Shown here: in pieces, positions 49,999-59,798 of the stretch
Numbering within the stretch: position 1 is the stretch's first letter
How the letters are laid out: the number at the start of each line of letters is the position of its first letter
Source: an uncultured virus (IMG/VR IMGVR_UViG_2061766007_000580)
Taxonomy: Duplodnaviria > Heunggongvirae > Uroviricota > Caudoviricetes
Virus record (IMG/VR): IMGVR_UViG_2061766007_000580
Reading direction: 5' to 3' (one strand)
Length of the DNA stretch: 59,798 nucleotides
Notes under the pieces: model-generated
The model's database searches: none
Told to the model about the DNA's origin: nothing
What the model saw: only the letters and a program-made list of their open reading frames with translations
Made by a program: the position numbers and the translations under genes

Positions 49999-52900
49999 TC
50001 ACTTGACCTCATGGCGGTCGCACGCTTCCCAGAACGCTCTGCCCTCGTCATCGGTGGCATACTCGTCCTTCAGGGCGTAGCAGCGGCCATCAAACTCGCA
50101 AACCTCGTTCGCTATGGCTTCGACGTCGTAGTCATCTGCGAACTCGCCAAGCGGCTTGATTACCTCGCCGTTGATGAACTCGGGAAACGTCGAATAGTAT
50201 CTCTTCTTATTGGACATGGCTCACCCCTTTCACGTTCCTTCTCTCAGCAGAATATGCATACTTGCAGAACGGCAGGCGACTCTTGTCGGCAGCGTGCCAG
50301 AACATGCACTCCCTCGGGCAATCGTGGGTGGCTCGAAGCGACTTGCACTTCGCTACAGCCTTCACTTGCTTGAATTGGTTCATTCGGACATTCCCTCCAC
50401 GAGCCTGACCATCTCTGCGCGGTACTCGCCCAGGACCCTGATTGCAGTATCGAGGCATTTATACGCGCCCTCAGCGTCGTTATAGTGGTTCATGAGCCGC
50501 TGTGCTTCGATGATGTTGCTCTCGATGGTCACGTTGTAAATCATGATTGCGTTCTTCCACTGCTCCATGGCAGTCTCGCCAAGGATGTTGATTGTCTTGC
50601 TCATTTTGCTCTCCTAATATTCACACCCGTTGTATTCGTCGAAGCTGACAACGTCGACAAACGCGCATTCTCCGAACTCGATTCGCTCAAGCCGTTTGAA
50701 CACCGACCCGCCTTCAATCCAGTCCAGGTTGAGGTCTTGCACCACCTGATACGCCAGCTCGATGTCGAAATTCCTGTAATGTTCATATGCGCTCTCGAAA
50801 TTGTCGAACGACCCGAGCAACGTATTGGAGTCGAAGTGCCTGATTCCGTTGTCGTGCTCGTGGAACACTCCGCCAAACGTTCTGTATTCGATTTTCTTTT
50901 CATTCATGTTCGCACTTCCTATCTGCTTGCCCATTTTGTTCCTCCTACCTCGGCATCCATTTCCCCGGCATGCCGATTGCTTCTTCGATAACCGTCACGT
51001 CCTCGAAGCTGTCGAGCACGATGAACGCGTTCGGATCGCACCCACACATAGCGCCCTGCTTCACGCAGTCGCGCCACCATTTCGTGTCATCGTCCAGGAA
51101 CTCGTAGACCCGCCTCGTGTACGTCCTGCCGTTGAAGCGGATCTTCGCCTTGTGGCTCGTCTTGTAGATTTCCATGTCCTACCTCCCTAGTAGATGTCAA
51201 AATCCCTGCGGAACTTGGCATCGGCCCTGGCGTCCGACACCCCCGCGTAGAGCACGGCGATGACGGGGACGACGACGAAAGCGATGACGATGAACAGCAG
51301 CATTGGCTACCTCCTGAAATTGAATGACGCCCGCAGGCGCCGCTTGCACTTGATATTCGGTTGTGTGTGGTGGGCCCTACTCGACGTAATCCTCGCCGAC
51401 GCCGAGCACCTCCCGCTTCCAGTAGGTGACGGCGTTCACCACGTTGCTGAAGTAGTGTCCCCAGTCCCACTCGTAATCCCAGCGCTCGTAGCCGAGTGCG
51501 CCGTCGTAATGATGCTGCTGGAAGTAGCTGCCAATTACGTACTCGTATGGCCTGTTCGGGCTTTCACATTCGTGCATCAGCAGCATGCGGGTGTTGCCGC
51601 CAGCCTGCTCGTGGGTTGCGAGTATGTGGGTGTTGGTGCTGTTGTAGTTGCTCATGTCTCCTCCTAATCATCGTCAAGTTCGAACCAGTACATCCCGCAG
51701 GGTGTGTCCTGCGTGACTTCGTCCATGTGCAGGTGGACGCCGCTCTTGACGTCGCACTCGAAGTCGAGCAGCTCCGCCTCGGTCATGTCCTCTTGGTACT
51801 GCCGTGCCACTTCGAATGCCTCGCACGCTCGCTCGTAGTTTCGCTCGCCAATCGGAACGATGCATTCCCTGCATGACGTGAACGCGTACCAGAGCCCGGC
51901 CGCGTCGTCGGGGTCGCCCTCCATGAGCTGTCTTGCCCACGTGAACCCCTCGTAGTCGATGGCCTTCTTGCCGTCACGTTCAATAACGCTGTAGCATTCC
52001 ACGAACATCTAGAACTCCTCCCATTCGTAATCGACCCACTTGACGTGGGATTTGACGTACTCCCGTGCCATGCCCAGCAGCGCGTCAAGCTGCCTGATTG
52101 CACAGTCGGTCAGCTCAAGCGGCCCGAACAGCATCTTGTAGGCGCTGCCAGCGATGACGTTCACTGCGTCCTCGCAGTTGTCCACGTCTCGCATGACCTG
52201 AAACCCGATGGAGTCGATGACCGCCCCGCGGATCGCGTCCTGCGGGGTGTCGGCGAAGCACTGGCCCATGAGCCCTCCGAATTCGTCGAAGAACTCGCAG
52301 GCGTGCTTGCCGCCGTACCCGTCATCCACTACGTCGACGAACACTTCCTTGCGCCCGATGCTCAGGTGCAGCACTGTGGAACCTTGAATCGCTTCGCTGC
52401 CCCAGCCGTAGCGCTCAAGGCTTTCGGCCGGCGTCATGTGCTCGTATTTGTTGAGGTCTAGCAGGTTCATCTACATCAACTCCTCCATCAGCTCGACGTA
52501 CTCTTCTGGTGTCAGCTCGCCGTTGGCGTCGCGCTGCTCGACGTTCATGATTTCGATTTCGCGTTCGAGGTCGCGTGGTATGCGCCACCCTTCGAACCTC
52601 GCCGTCTCGCACTGGTCGACGTAGCGCGTTCCCATCAGAAAGTCGGCGGAGTTGATGAACCTCAGCGGGCAGGTGTTCACCCACACGGCTGGCAGCTCCT
52701 CGATGGGGTAGACGTCGCGCTCGTCCCAGCCAGCTGCGAACATCTGCCTGCGCCCATCCTCGGTGTCAGCCAGATAGATCTTGTGGCAACCGTCGTAGAA
52801 AAACTCGGTTGCCTCGAATGCTTTGCCGTTGATGTAACCCTTCATTAGTGCTCCTTACCATCCGTATGCGTATGCCATGCACTCTGTTGCGTGCTCAAGC

Positions 52901-54987
52901 GTGTTGAACGGGCCGCGCTCGCCGTCGCCCGTGTCGACCCACCATCCGTCGTCGTCTTTCTCGTAGTAGAACCCCGAATCCTCTCCGTAGAACGTGTCCT
53001 CCTTGATACGGACAACGACCTCGAAGGTGTCCATGTAGTCGAAATCGCTCATTACCAATCCCTCCCATCGCTCTTCACGTCCAGGCCCAGCGTCACCAGC
53101 GCCAGGTAGACGTGCTCCTTCAGGATTTCCGCCGCTTCCTCGGTGTCAACCTCGATGTGCGTCTCTTCGAGGGTGGACAACTCGCGGACGAAGCCCTCTC
53201 GTTCGAAGTCGCACATCAGGCTCGCCAGCATGTTGTACGTCGCGTCCGCGATGCGGTCATCGACCCTCGCTGCGAACTCCTTGGCGTTGATTTCCCTCAT
53301 CTCTAGACCTCCTCGATGCTCAGGATCTTGACGCCGCGCATCTTGCGCAGCGCTTGGTACGTGCCCCATGTGAGCACGTTGTCCACTTCCACGGGGCCGT
53401 AGCTCCGCGTGGCGACGTAGCGCACCCGCCACAGCCGGCATATGGGGTTCACCCTCACTCGCTTCATTCCGCTCCCTCCAATCTCTCGATGACCGCCTCG
53501 GCGTCCACGCCGAAGAAGTCCGTCACGTTTGCGTACTTGCCCGTGTGGTGCCAGCTCGTCCATTCGAAGAATCGGTTGAACAGCTCCGCCTTCGTGAAGC
53601 GGAACTTCGTAGCGTCGTATTCGATGCCCTCGTCGTCGCAGCACTGCTCGATGGCTTCGAGCATCGCCGCCTTCGTCCACTTGCTTTTCGGGCGCTCGCC
53701 AGACTCGTAGGCGATAACAGCGCGGGTGCTCATCGAGCACCCGCTGTATCCTGCTTGGTTGTATATGACTCTTCCCATGTGGCCTCCTAATCACCTGCGA
53801 CTTGGTCGCCATCTTCGCCGTATGCTCTCAAGTCGGCTCCGAACCAGTTCGGAATCGGTCCGACCGATATGCTGTCCAGCTCGTCTTGCAACTTGCGAAT
53901 CGCCGTGTCTGCGTCGGGCGCTTCGATTTCTACCTCCTGGTAGAACTCGGCCGTCATCGTGAAGCGATACGCTCCGAACGTGCCGCCGCAGCATTCGCAC
54001 GTCCTCGTCTCGAATGGCTTGATCATGCCGTCCTCCTTTTCGCGTTGGCGATTTCGATGTCGCACGCCTTGTGGAACCGCTCCCGCGCTTCGTCGATGCC
54101 CAGCTTGCCGACGATGGCGAAGTCGTAGATGCCGAACATCACCTCGAACGCCATCGCAGCTCCCCTGATTCGCTCGACATCTTCTGAGCACAGTTCGATT
54201 TCCCCGCGAAACGCGTACTGCCTGTGGTTGCGTCGCGACTCGCTTTCGAGCTGTTCCTTCGTTCTCTCGACCGCCTTCTCGAACAGCTCGTATGCTTCGA
54301 TGCTGTCCAGTTTGATTACTCCGCTCATGCCGTCCTCCCTTCTCTAAGCTGCGAATCGCCACGGGCGGATGTCGAAGTCGTGCAACATCTCGCACGACCC
54401 GTATTCGCTGTGGAGAAGCATTCGCACCTGCCGCTCGACCTTCTCGCGTGTGACCACGCTGCCGTACAGCTCGTGGTTCCGCAGGTAGGCTTGCGTCAAG
54501 TCAAGTCCGACCATCTTGGCGAACTCTCCTTCGGTCATCCGACCGTCTGCGTAGCACTCGTTCCAAAGGAGCGCGAAGTTTCCAACTACGTTGTTCGCGA
54601 TTGCGTACCAGTTGTCCAGCTTCGCGTACTCGGCTTTGACCTCAGCTACAAATTCGGGTGTGATTTCCCAGCTCATGCCCATACCTCCTCGCCGTCGATG
54701 TAGAAGTGCGTGTCTCCGCCGTTGATGTACCAGTCGATTTGCCCGTCCTCGAACCTGCCTGACTCGACCAGCGCCGCCTTGAGGTTGCGGAAGATGTAAT
54801 AGATGATTTCGTTCGAGAGTTGCCGCCCGTCGTAGACCAGCTCCTCGAAGTCCTGTTTGACGTACTGCCAGACCTCGCTGTCCGAGTCGATGCCGTGCTC
54901 CGTGCATATGCGCTCGCACAGCTCGTCGGCGTCGTCGATGTGCTCTGGGTAGATGCCTAGGTACTTGAGCACCGCGTTCTCAATCAT
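49999..54987 (-). other. Array of roughly 18 small leftward hypothetical (early) ORFs
   Basis: Strong GGAGG RBSs and overlapping start/stop codons; acidic, aromatic small proteins. Confidence 0.6.
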
Positions 54988-54997
54988 TTTGTCCTCC

Positions 54998-56911
54998 TTA
55001 CGATTTCCTCGGTACGATTCGGCATGTATCGCCGAACACGTGCGGGTAGTTGTTCGGGTTCATCTCGTAGCCCTTCTCGTCGTTCCCATACAGCTTCGCG
55101 TAGGGTTTGCCGAGGAAACCGCGTCCGTTCACGGCGTCGCGTTCGCTGAACCCGATGACCTCGCACGGCTCGGGCATCTTCCCGTACCGCTTGAGGTAGA
55201 CCTTGTCTCCGATTCGCAGCTCGTCAACCGGAACCTCGACGGCTTCGAGGTAGCCACCAAGCTGGTGTTCCTTCGGCTGCGCGGCGTCGATGTCCTTGAG
55301 CATCTCGTCGAGTGGGTAGACCATCTGCATGCGCTCGCTGTGGATTCGCCCGACTATCTCCCAGCCGTCGATGACGAACACGCCGTTGTCGCCGTTCGCC
55401 GCCCGTTCGAGCTTGCCGTACTCGTCGATTCCGACGCTCATCCCATCGGAACCCATGAAGTTCGCGATGACCTCGCACAGCCGCGCCCATCCGTAGCAGT
55501 CGCGGCTCGGGGATGCGAACCCTCGAAGCTCGCAGTATTTCAGAAACGCGCTCACCGAGTCGTAGCCGCCGNNNNNNNNNNTGCTCGATATGGCCGAGGT
55601 TGGCCCCGAGCACCTGCACATCATGTTCGTGAACGGGGTTGTCCACCAGTACGACCCCGAATCGAACCGCATCTACTAGTGGCGCAACGAGCGCCGTCAC
55701 CCTGCGCACTTGAGCGAATCGAGTGTGCAGGGATGGCCGCACTTGAGCGGGAAACCGAGCACATGGAAGGAGCAAACATGAAGCACTTCATCAAGGACAG
55801 CGGGTACGAGTACGATGCGTTCGCACGCTACATCAGCGTGAAGCCGAGGCATCTCGCCGAGGTCAAGCGCAGCTACCGCAGGCGCGAGCGTGCTGCGTTG
55901 AACCGCGAGCTGGCGAGGGAAATCGCCGAATCCGACGAGGGCGCAACCGCCGCCGAGCTGGCCTACCTTGAGCGCAAGATGGACGCCGAGTTCGCGGAAT
56001 CGGAATCCATCGCCGCCGAAATCGACTGGCTCTACGAGATGGGCGAAGAGCCGAGCAGGCTGCTGCTCTCCGCGAGGGAAGCCGCTTGGAGACGAGCGGA
56101 TGCGGCATACAACGAGTGGTGGAATGCGGCATAGGAAGGAGCAACCATGAGCATCTACTGGACGAGCCACGACCTCGAATGCGGTAGCTACAACATCGAA
56201 GAGCTCCACGAGCTCTACGAGATCACGGTCGACAAGACCGAGTACCCCGACTTCCTCGGATGGATTTGGGACATGGAGCGCAGCGCGGTTCTGTACCGCC
56301 ACGAGTGCTAAAAGGTGTATAACGTGAACAACCACGTAGAAGGGAGTGATGCCGATGGCAGACGCACTATGGAGCATGAACGCTGATACTGGCGAGTTCA
56401 CGCTGAACGAGCCGTATGCGACCATGCTCGAAGAGGCACGCGTCGAGGCCACGAGGGGCTGGTACGCGGGCCTTGTGAGCTACCTCGTGACGAGATGCGA
56501 CTACAGCGAAGCCGAGCTTCGAGCGGAGCTGCTGCGCCGCAACGAGGAGCACAGCGGCGGGAAGGTGGACATCTTCGAGAGCTTCGTGCTGGACGCACTG
56601 AGCGGCGATTTGTAAACGACAACGACATACAACCGAGTAACCGAAGGGCGTCCGAGTGGGCGCCCTTCACGTTGAAGGGAGAGAGCATGGGAACTCTGAC
56701 CAATCCTGCCAAGACGNNNNNNNNNNNNNNNNNNNNNNNNNNNNNNNNNNNNNNNNNNNNNNNNNNNNNNNNNNNNNNNNNNNNNNNNNNNNNNNNNNNN
56801 NNNNNNNNNNNNNNNNNNNNNNNNNNNNNNNNNNNNNNNNNNNNNNNNNNNNNNNNNNNNNNNNNNNNNNNTCCTCTTGTCGGTGGTGGTGATGACTGCT
56901 CGATTACCCAT
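54998..56911 (-). CDS. Conserved phage protein (MGNRAVIT...GGYDSV..FL.YC...YGWARL), interrupted in the assembly
   Basis: N-terminus at 56911-56872 and body at 55571-54998 flank two N-gaps and an opposite-strand block. Confidence 0.55.
55778..56615 (+). other. Three small ORFs (55778-56134, 56147-56311, ~56349-56615) in a probably misplaced block
   Basis: GAAGGAG/GGGAG RBSs. Confidence 0.6.
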
Positions 56912-56923
56912 GTCGTTTCCTCC

Positions 56924-57304
56924 CTAGTCGAAGAAGTGAAGTAGATTGCCGTCGGTGATGACGTGGCGCTCAGAGTCGTAGCGGTTCACGTTCTGGCAGT
57001 TGATGATGCAGCCGTACTCCTTGAGCTCCTCGCTCAGCTTCTCGTAGCGCCTGTCGAGCAGCTCGGCCTGATGCTTGCGGTATGCGCTGTTGCAGTTCTC
57101 GGCCGTCTCCGTCTCGTCGAGACGCATTTGAGCTATCGCCCAGCGGGTGCAGCGGTTCAGCAGGTCGTAAGCCTTGTCGAACTGCTCGTCGCTCACGTCC
57201 TCGCTGACGTAGTGGGCCATGTCCCATGCCGACTGCCTGCGCCACAGCCTCGTGAGCGCCCTGTGCGAATGTCCCATCCATTTCTCGTGCATCGGTCGTT
57301 CCAT
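56924..57304 (-). CDS. Hypothetical protein
   Basis: RBS GAGAGG; 126 aa ORF. Confidence 0.6.
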   Translation of the reverse strand: MERPMHEKWMGHSHRALTRLWRRQSAWDMAHYVSEDVSDEQFDKAYDLLNRCTRWAIAQMRLDETETAENCNSAYRKHQAELLDRRYEKLSEELKEYGCIINCQNVNRYDSERHVITDGNLLHFFD

Positions 57305-57439
57305 GTGCTATCCTCTCTCTCGTGTTCGTCGGGGGCGGCGTCCTCCAAAACTCAGCCGCCCTCGTCGTTCCTGATTTGCTCGCGTTCACCCCGTCCCGCC
57401 GACCTCCGTGCAGCGTGGCGGGGGAGTCCCGCGTTTCGT

Positions 57440-57997
57440 TTACCAGCTCGCGTGGTAGTGGAACTTGACGTTCCACTCGTCGGTTTCGCCCTTCTCGCGC
57501 CATTCATCCCACACGAGGTCTGCAACCGAGTGCATCTTGTATTGCTCGATGTTGTCGAGGATGACGTCGATGCATACCGCCGTCCGTGCGAGTTCGTACA
57601 TGTAGTACAGGTCGTATTCGGTGCCGCCGAAGAAGAACCCGCTCGTCGTGGGCAATAGCTCTTCGGCCACCGACGTGTTCTCGATGTGCCAATCGGGTTC
57701 CTTCGCGCTCGTGATCAGCTCGTCGATGTCATCGTCCGTCTCGATGCCCAGCGATTCGACCAGAACCTTCCTGCATGTGTCGCGCAGCTCGATGAGCTGT
57801 TCGACCTCTACCTCGTAAGTACCGCAGTCGTCATCGTCGAACTGGACGTGCTCGACGAACCAGTTGTGGATGGCGTTCGCCTTGCGCCAGTAGAGCGCTA
57901 TTCCTCGTGCTATCTGCCAGTCATCGGTTCCGCCGACCTCGTTGGTTGCCTTGCAGACCTTCTTGCTGTTCGCGTACAAATACATATCCAATCCCAT
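57440..57997 (-). CDS. Conserved phage protein (MGLDMYL..YWRKANAIH.WF..GFFFG family)
   Basis: Recognisable widespread motif set; function unknown. Confidence 0.7.
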   Translation of the reverse strand: MGLDMYLYANSKKVCKATNEVGGTDDWQIARGIALYWRKANAIHNWFVEHVQFDDDDCGTYEVEVEQLIELRDTCRKVLVESLGIETDDDIDELITSAKEPDWHIENTSVAEELLPTTSGFFFGGTEYDLYYMYELARTAVCIDVILDNIEQYKMHSVADLVWDEWREKGETDEWNVKFHYHASW

Positions 57998-58008
57998 GAT
58001 TTCTCCTC

Positions 58009-58188
58009 CTATTCCATCGCCATCTCGCGCTCGTTGACCTCGTTAAGCACGTCGGCCATGAACCAGCTCGCTTCGGGTTCGTCGAGGTTCAGCGCAACCT
58101 CGCGCACCATCGCAACGACCTCGTCCATGTCGTGCGCCAGGCTCAACCCGCTCGCCATTACCTTGTCGGCCATCTCGTTGACGTCCAT
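58009..58188 (-). CDS. Hypothetical protein
   Basis: RBS GAAGGGAG. Confidence 0.55.
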   Translation of the reverse strand: MDVNEMADKVMASGLSLAHDMDEVVAMVREVALNLDEPEASWFMADVLNEVNEREMAME

Positions 58189-58257
58189 GTTCGCTCCCTT
58201 CAACCAGAGGAGCGCCCCGAAGAGCGCCCCTCGACCTGCGTGATTTGTGGTGGTGGA

Positions 58258-59778
58258 CTAAGCCGCCGTGAAGTACCAGCTCTTGCGCTTCTTGGCGAAG
58301 CGGAAGCCCAGTTCCTTCAGCTCGTCGGCGTAGGGCTTGGAATCGCCCTCGACCCATATGCACGCGCCCTCGCGCTTCTGGGTGGCGATGAGCCCCTTGC
58401 CCTCGCACCATTCCTGCATGGCGCTCAGGCTGACCTCCGCCACCGTCTCATGCTCGGCCTTGACCTCGGGCTCGGGTTCAGGCTTCGGCTCGGGCTTGCG
58501 CTTGAGCGATTCGTTCTCCTTCCACACCTGCTCAAGCTCGTCGTTGCGTGCCTTCAGCTCGGCCTTCAGCTCGGCCAGGGCGGCTTCCAGCTCCTCGATG
58601 CGCTTGTTCTCTGCCATGTCGGTTCCTTCCTTCTTCGGCTCGATGACGACGGCCGTCACGCCATCGCCCATGTCGTTCACGGTCGCCTTGACGTCGGCTC
58701 CCGCTTTCTCCTTGGCGGCTCGCTCGATTTCGTCCGCCTGATTGAGCATCTTCACGATGTCGTCTTTGCATTGCGCGGGCTTCAGCTCGGGGTAGGTGAG
58801 GTGAATCTTGCGCTTGCTCCAGCGGCGCTCGATGCAGGTCACGAACTCGCCGTCGCGATACCAGCTCGTGTAATCGCCGTGCGACTCGTGGGTGAGCTGC
58901 CCAGCCCGTTCGTACTCGAACACGATGTTGCGGTCGTAGCTGCTTGCGTTGCCGCCCTCGACGCGGCCATCGGGGTCACTTGCCGCTCGGTCGAGCGCGA
59001 TTCGGTACAGCGAGCGTGCCAGTCTGTCGTTGTCCACCTTCTCGGGTTCGGGCTTGCGCTCGGGCTTCGCCGTCTTGCCCTTGCCCTTGTCCTTCGGCTC
59101 GTCCAACCTCACCGGCATCACGATTACTTCGATGTCGTTCGTGGTCGCCGGCATGAAGCTCGCTGGCGTGATGGGCGAGAGCAGCCTGATTGAGATTTCG
59201 TCGCACTCGATGCTGTTCAGCGCGTCCCTCACGAACTTGGGGTCGAACCCAATCACCAGCGGGTTGCCGTCTGCCCATGCTCTCTCGAACAGCTCGCCAC
59301 CGAACACGAGTTCGTGCTTGTCGGTGATTTCGAGCTTCACGACCTTGGCTTTCGCCTTGACCAGCTCGCGTGTCTTGGCGAGCAGCTCGGAGCGCTTGAC
59401 CTGCAAGATGGACAAATACTTGTCGTTCACGAGCGCCTTCCACTTCGGGTACTTGCCGCTCGGCGTGTAGCTCTTCAGCTCGGAGCCATCGGGCAACGTT
59501 GCCTTGACAACCGCGAATTCGTTGCCGTCCTTCTCGACCTCCACGCTCTTGACGCTCGCCTTCAGATGGGCGAGGTCGTATGAGAGGTCGAACGGGACGT
59601 CGATGTTCTCGCCGCCGTCCCACACGCCATGCTCGACGCTCAGGCGGTAGGAATCGGTGGCAACGACTTCGCCGTGCTCGTCCAGATGCACGCAGCCCAG
59701 GATGGGGCGGCTCGCGTCGCGGCTCGCGTGGCGGATGGCGCGTTTCATCGTCTTGGCAGGATTGGTCAGAGTTCCCAT
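58258..59778 (-). CDS. Truncated DNA polymerase III beta-clamp-like domain fused to a coiled coil and a C-terminal WV.G..KPY..ELKELGF domain
   Basis: SRPIL.CV, VATDSYRL, GKYP, IGFDPKFV.DAL, VMPVRL. Confidence 0.7.
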   Translation of the reverse strand: MGTLTNPAKTMKRAIRHASRDASRPILGCVHLDEHGEVVATDSYRLSVEHGVWDGGENIDVPFDLSYDLAHLKASVKSVEVEKDGNEFAVVKATLPDGSELKSYTPSGKYPKWKALVNDKYLSILQVKRSELLAKTRELVKAKAKVVKLEITDKHELVFGGELFERAWADGNPLVIGFDPKFVRDALNSIECDEISIRLLSPITPASFMPATTNDIEVIVMPVRLDEPKDKGKGKTAKPERKPEPEKVDNDRLARSLYRIALDRAASDPDGRVEGGNASSYDRNIVFEYERAGQLTHESHGDYTSWYRDGEFVTCIERRWSKRKIHLTYPELKPAQCKDDIVKMLNQADEIERAAKEKAGADVKATVNDMGDGVTAVVIEPKKEGTDMAENKRIEELEAALAELKAELKARNDELEQVWKENESLKRKPEPKPEPEPEVKAEHETVAEVSLSAMQEWCEGKGLIATQKREGACIWVEGDSKPYADELKELGFRFAKKRKSWYFTAA

Positions 59779-59798
59779 GCTCTCTCCCTTCAACGTGA

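Overview
Near-complete genome of a high-GC, temperate, long-tailed (siphovirus-type) phage, apparently in its unintegrated form because attP is intact. The host is probably an actinobacterium, possibly Coriobacteriia; this is inferred from GC content and protein families. Layout: (1) 175-6542 (-), an inverted packaging operon with two TerS-like paralogs, an HNH nuclease, TerL and three glycan-building enzymes (GT8, GT2, TagF-like glycerophosphotransferase). (2) 6666-28907 (+), HK97-type head, tail and lysis genes. (3) attP (tRNA 3' end), tyrosine integrase and a repressor/cro switch. (4) Recombination and replication genes with a primase-helicase and a putative iteron origin. (5) Many small Cys-rich ORFs, MazG and a tRNA-like RNA. 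(6) A type II R-M pair and leftward early genes, including a truncated beta-clamp fusion. The best candidate for a new system is virion glycosylation with a glycerophosphate (teichoic-acid-like) component: the major capsid and major tail proteins both end in the same C-terminal tag GLSV, encoded by different codons. Other highlights are nested 'Russian-doll' repeats in tail proteins, a ~156-nt tRNA-mimic RNA flanked by TGGGTAAGATA repeats, a putative TTT_CGT +1 frameshift, a palindromic divergent late promoter, and a GATC inside the methyltransferase -35 box. About 15 N-gaps cause artefactual frameshifts, and block 55582-56716 looks misplaced by scaffolding. All family assignments come from motif recognition by eye, not database searches.
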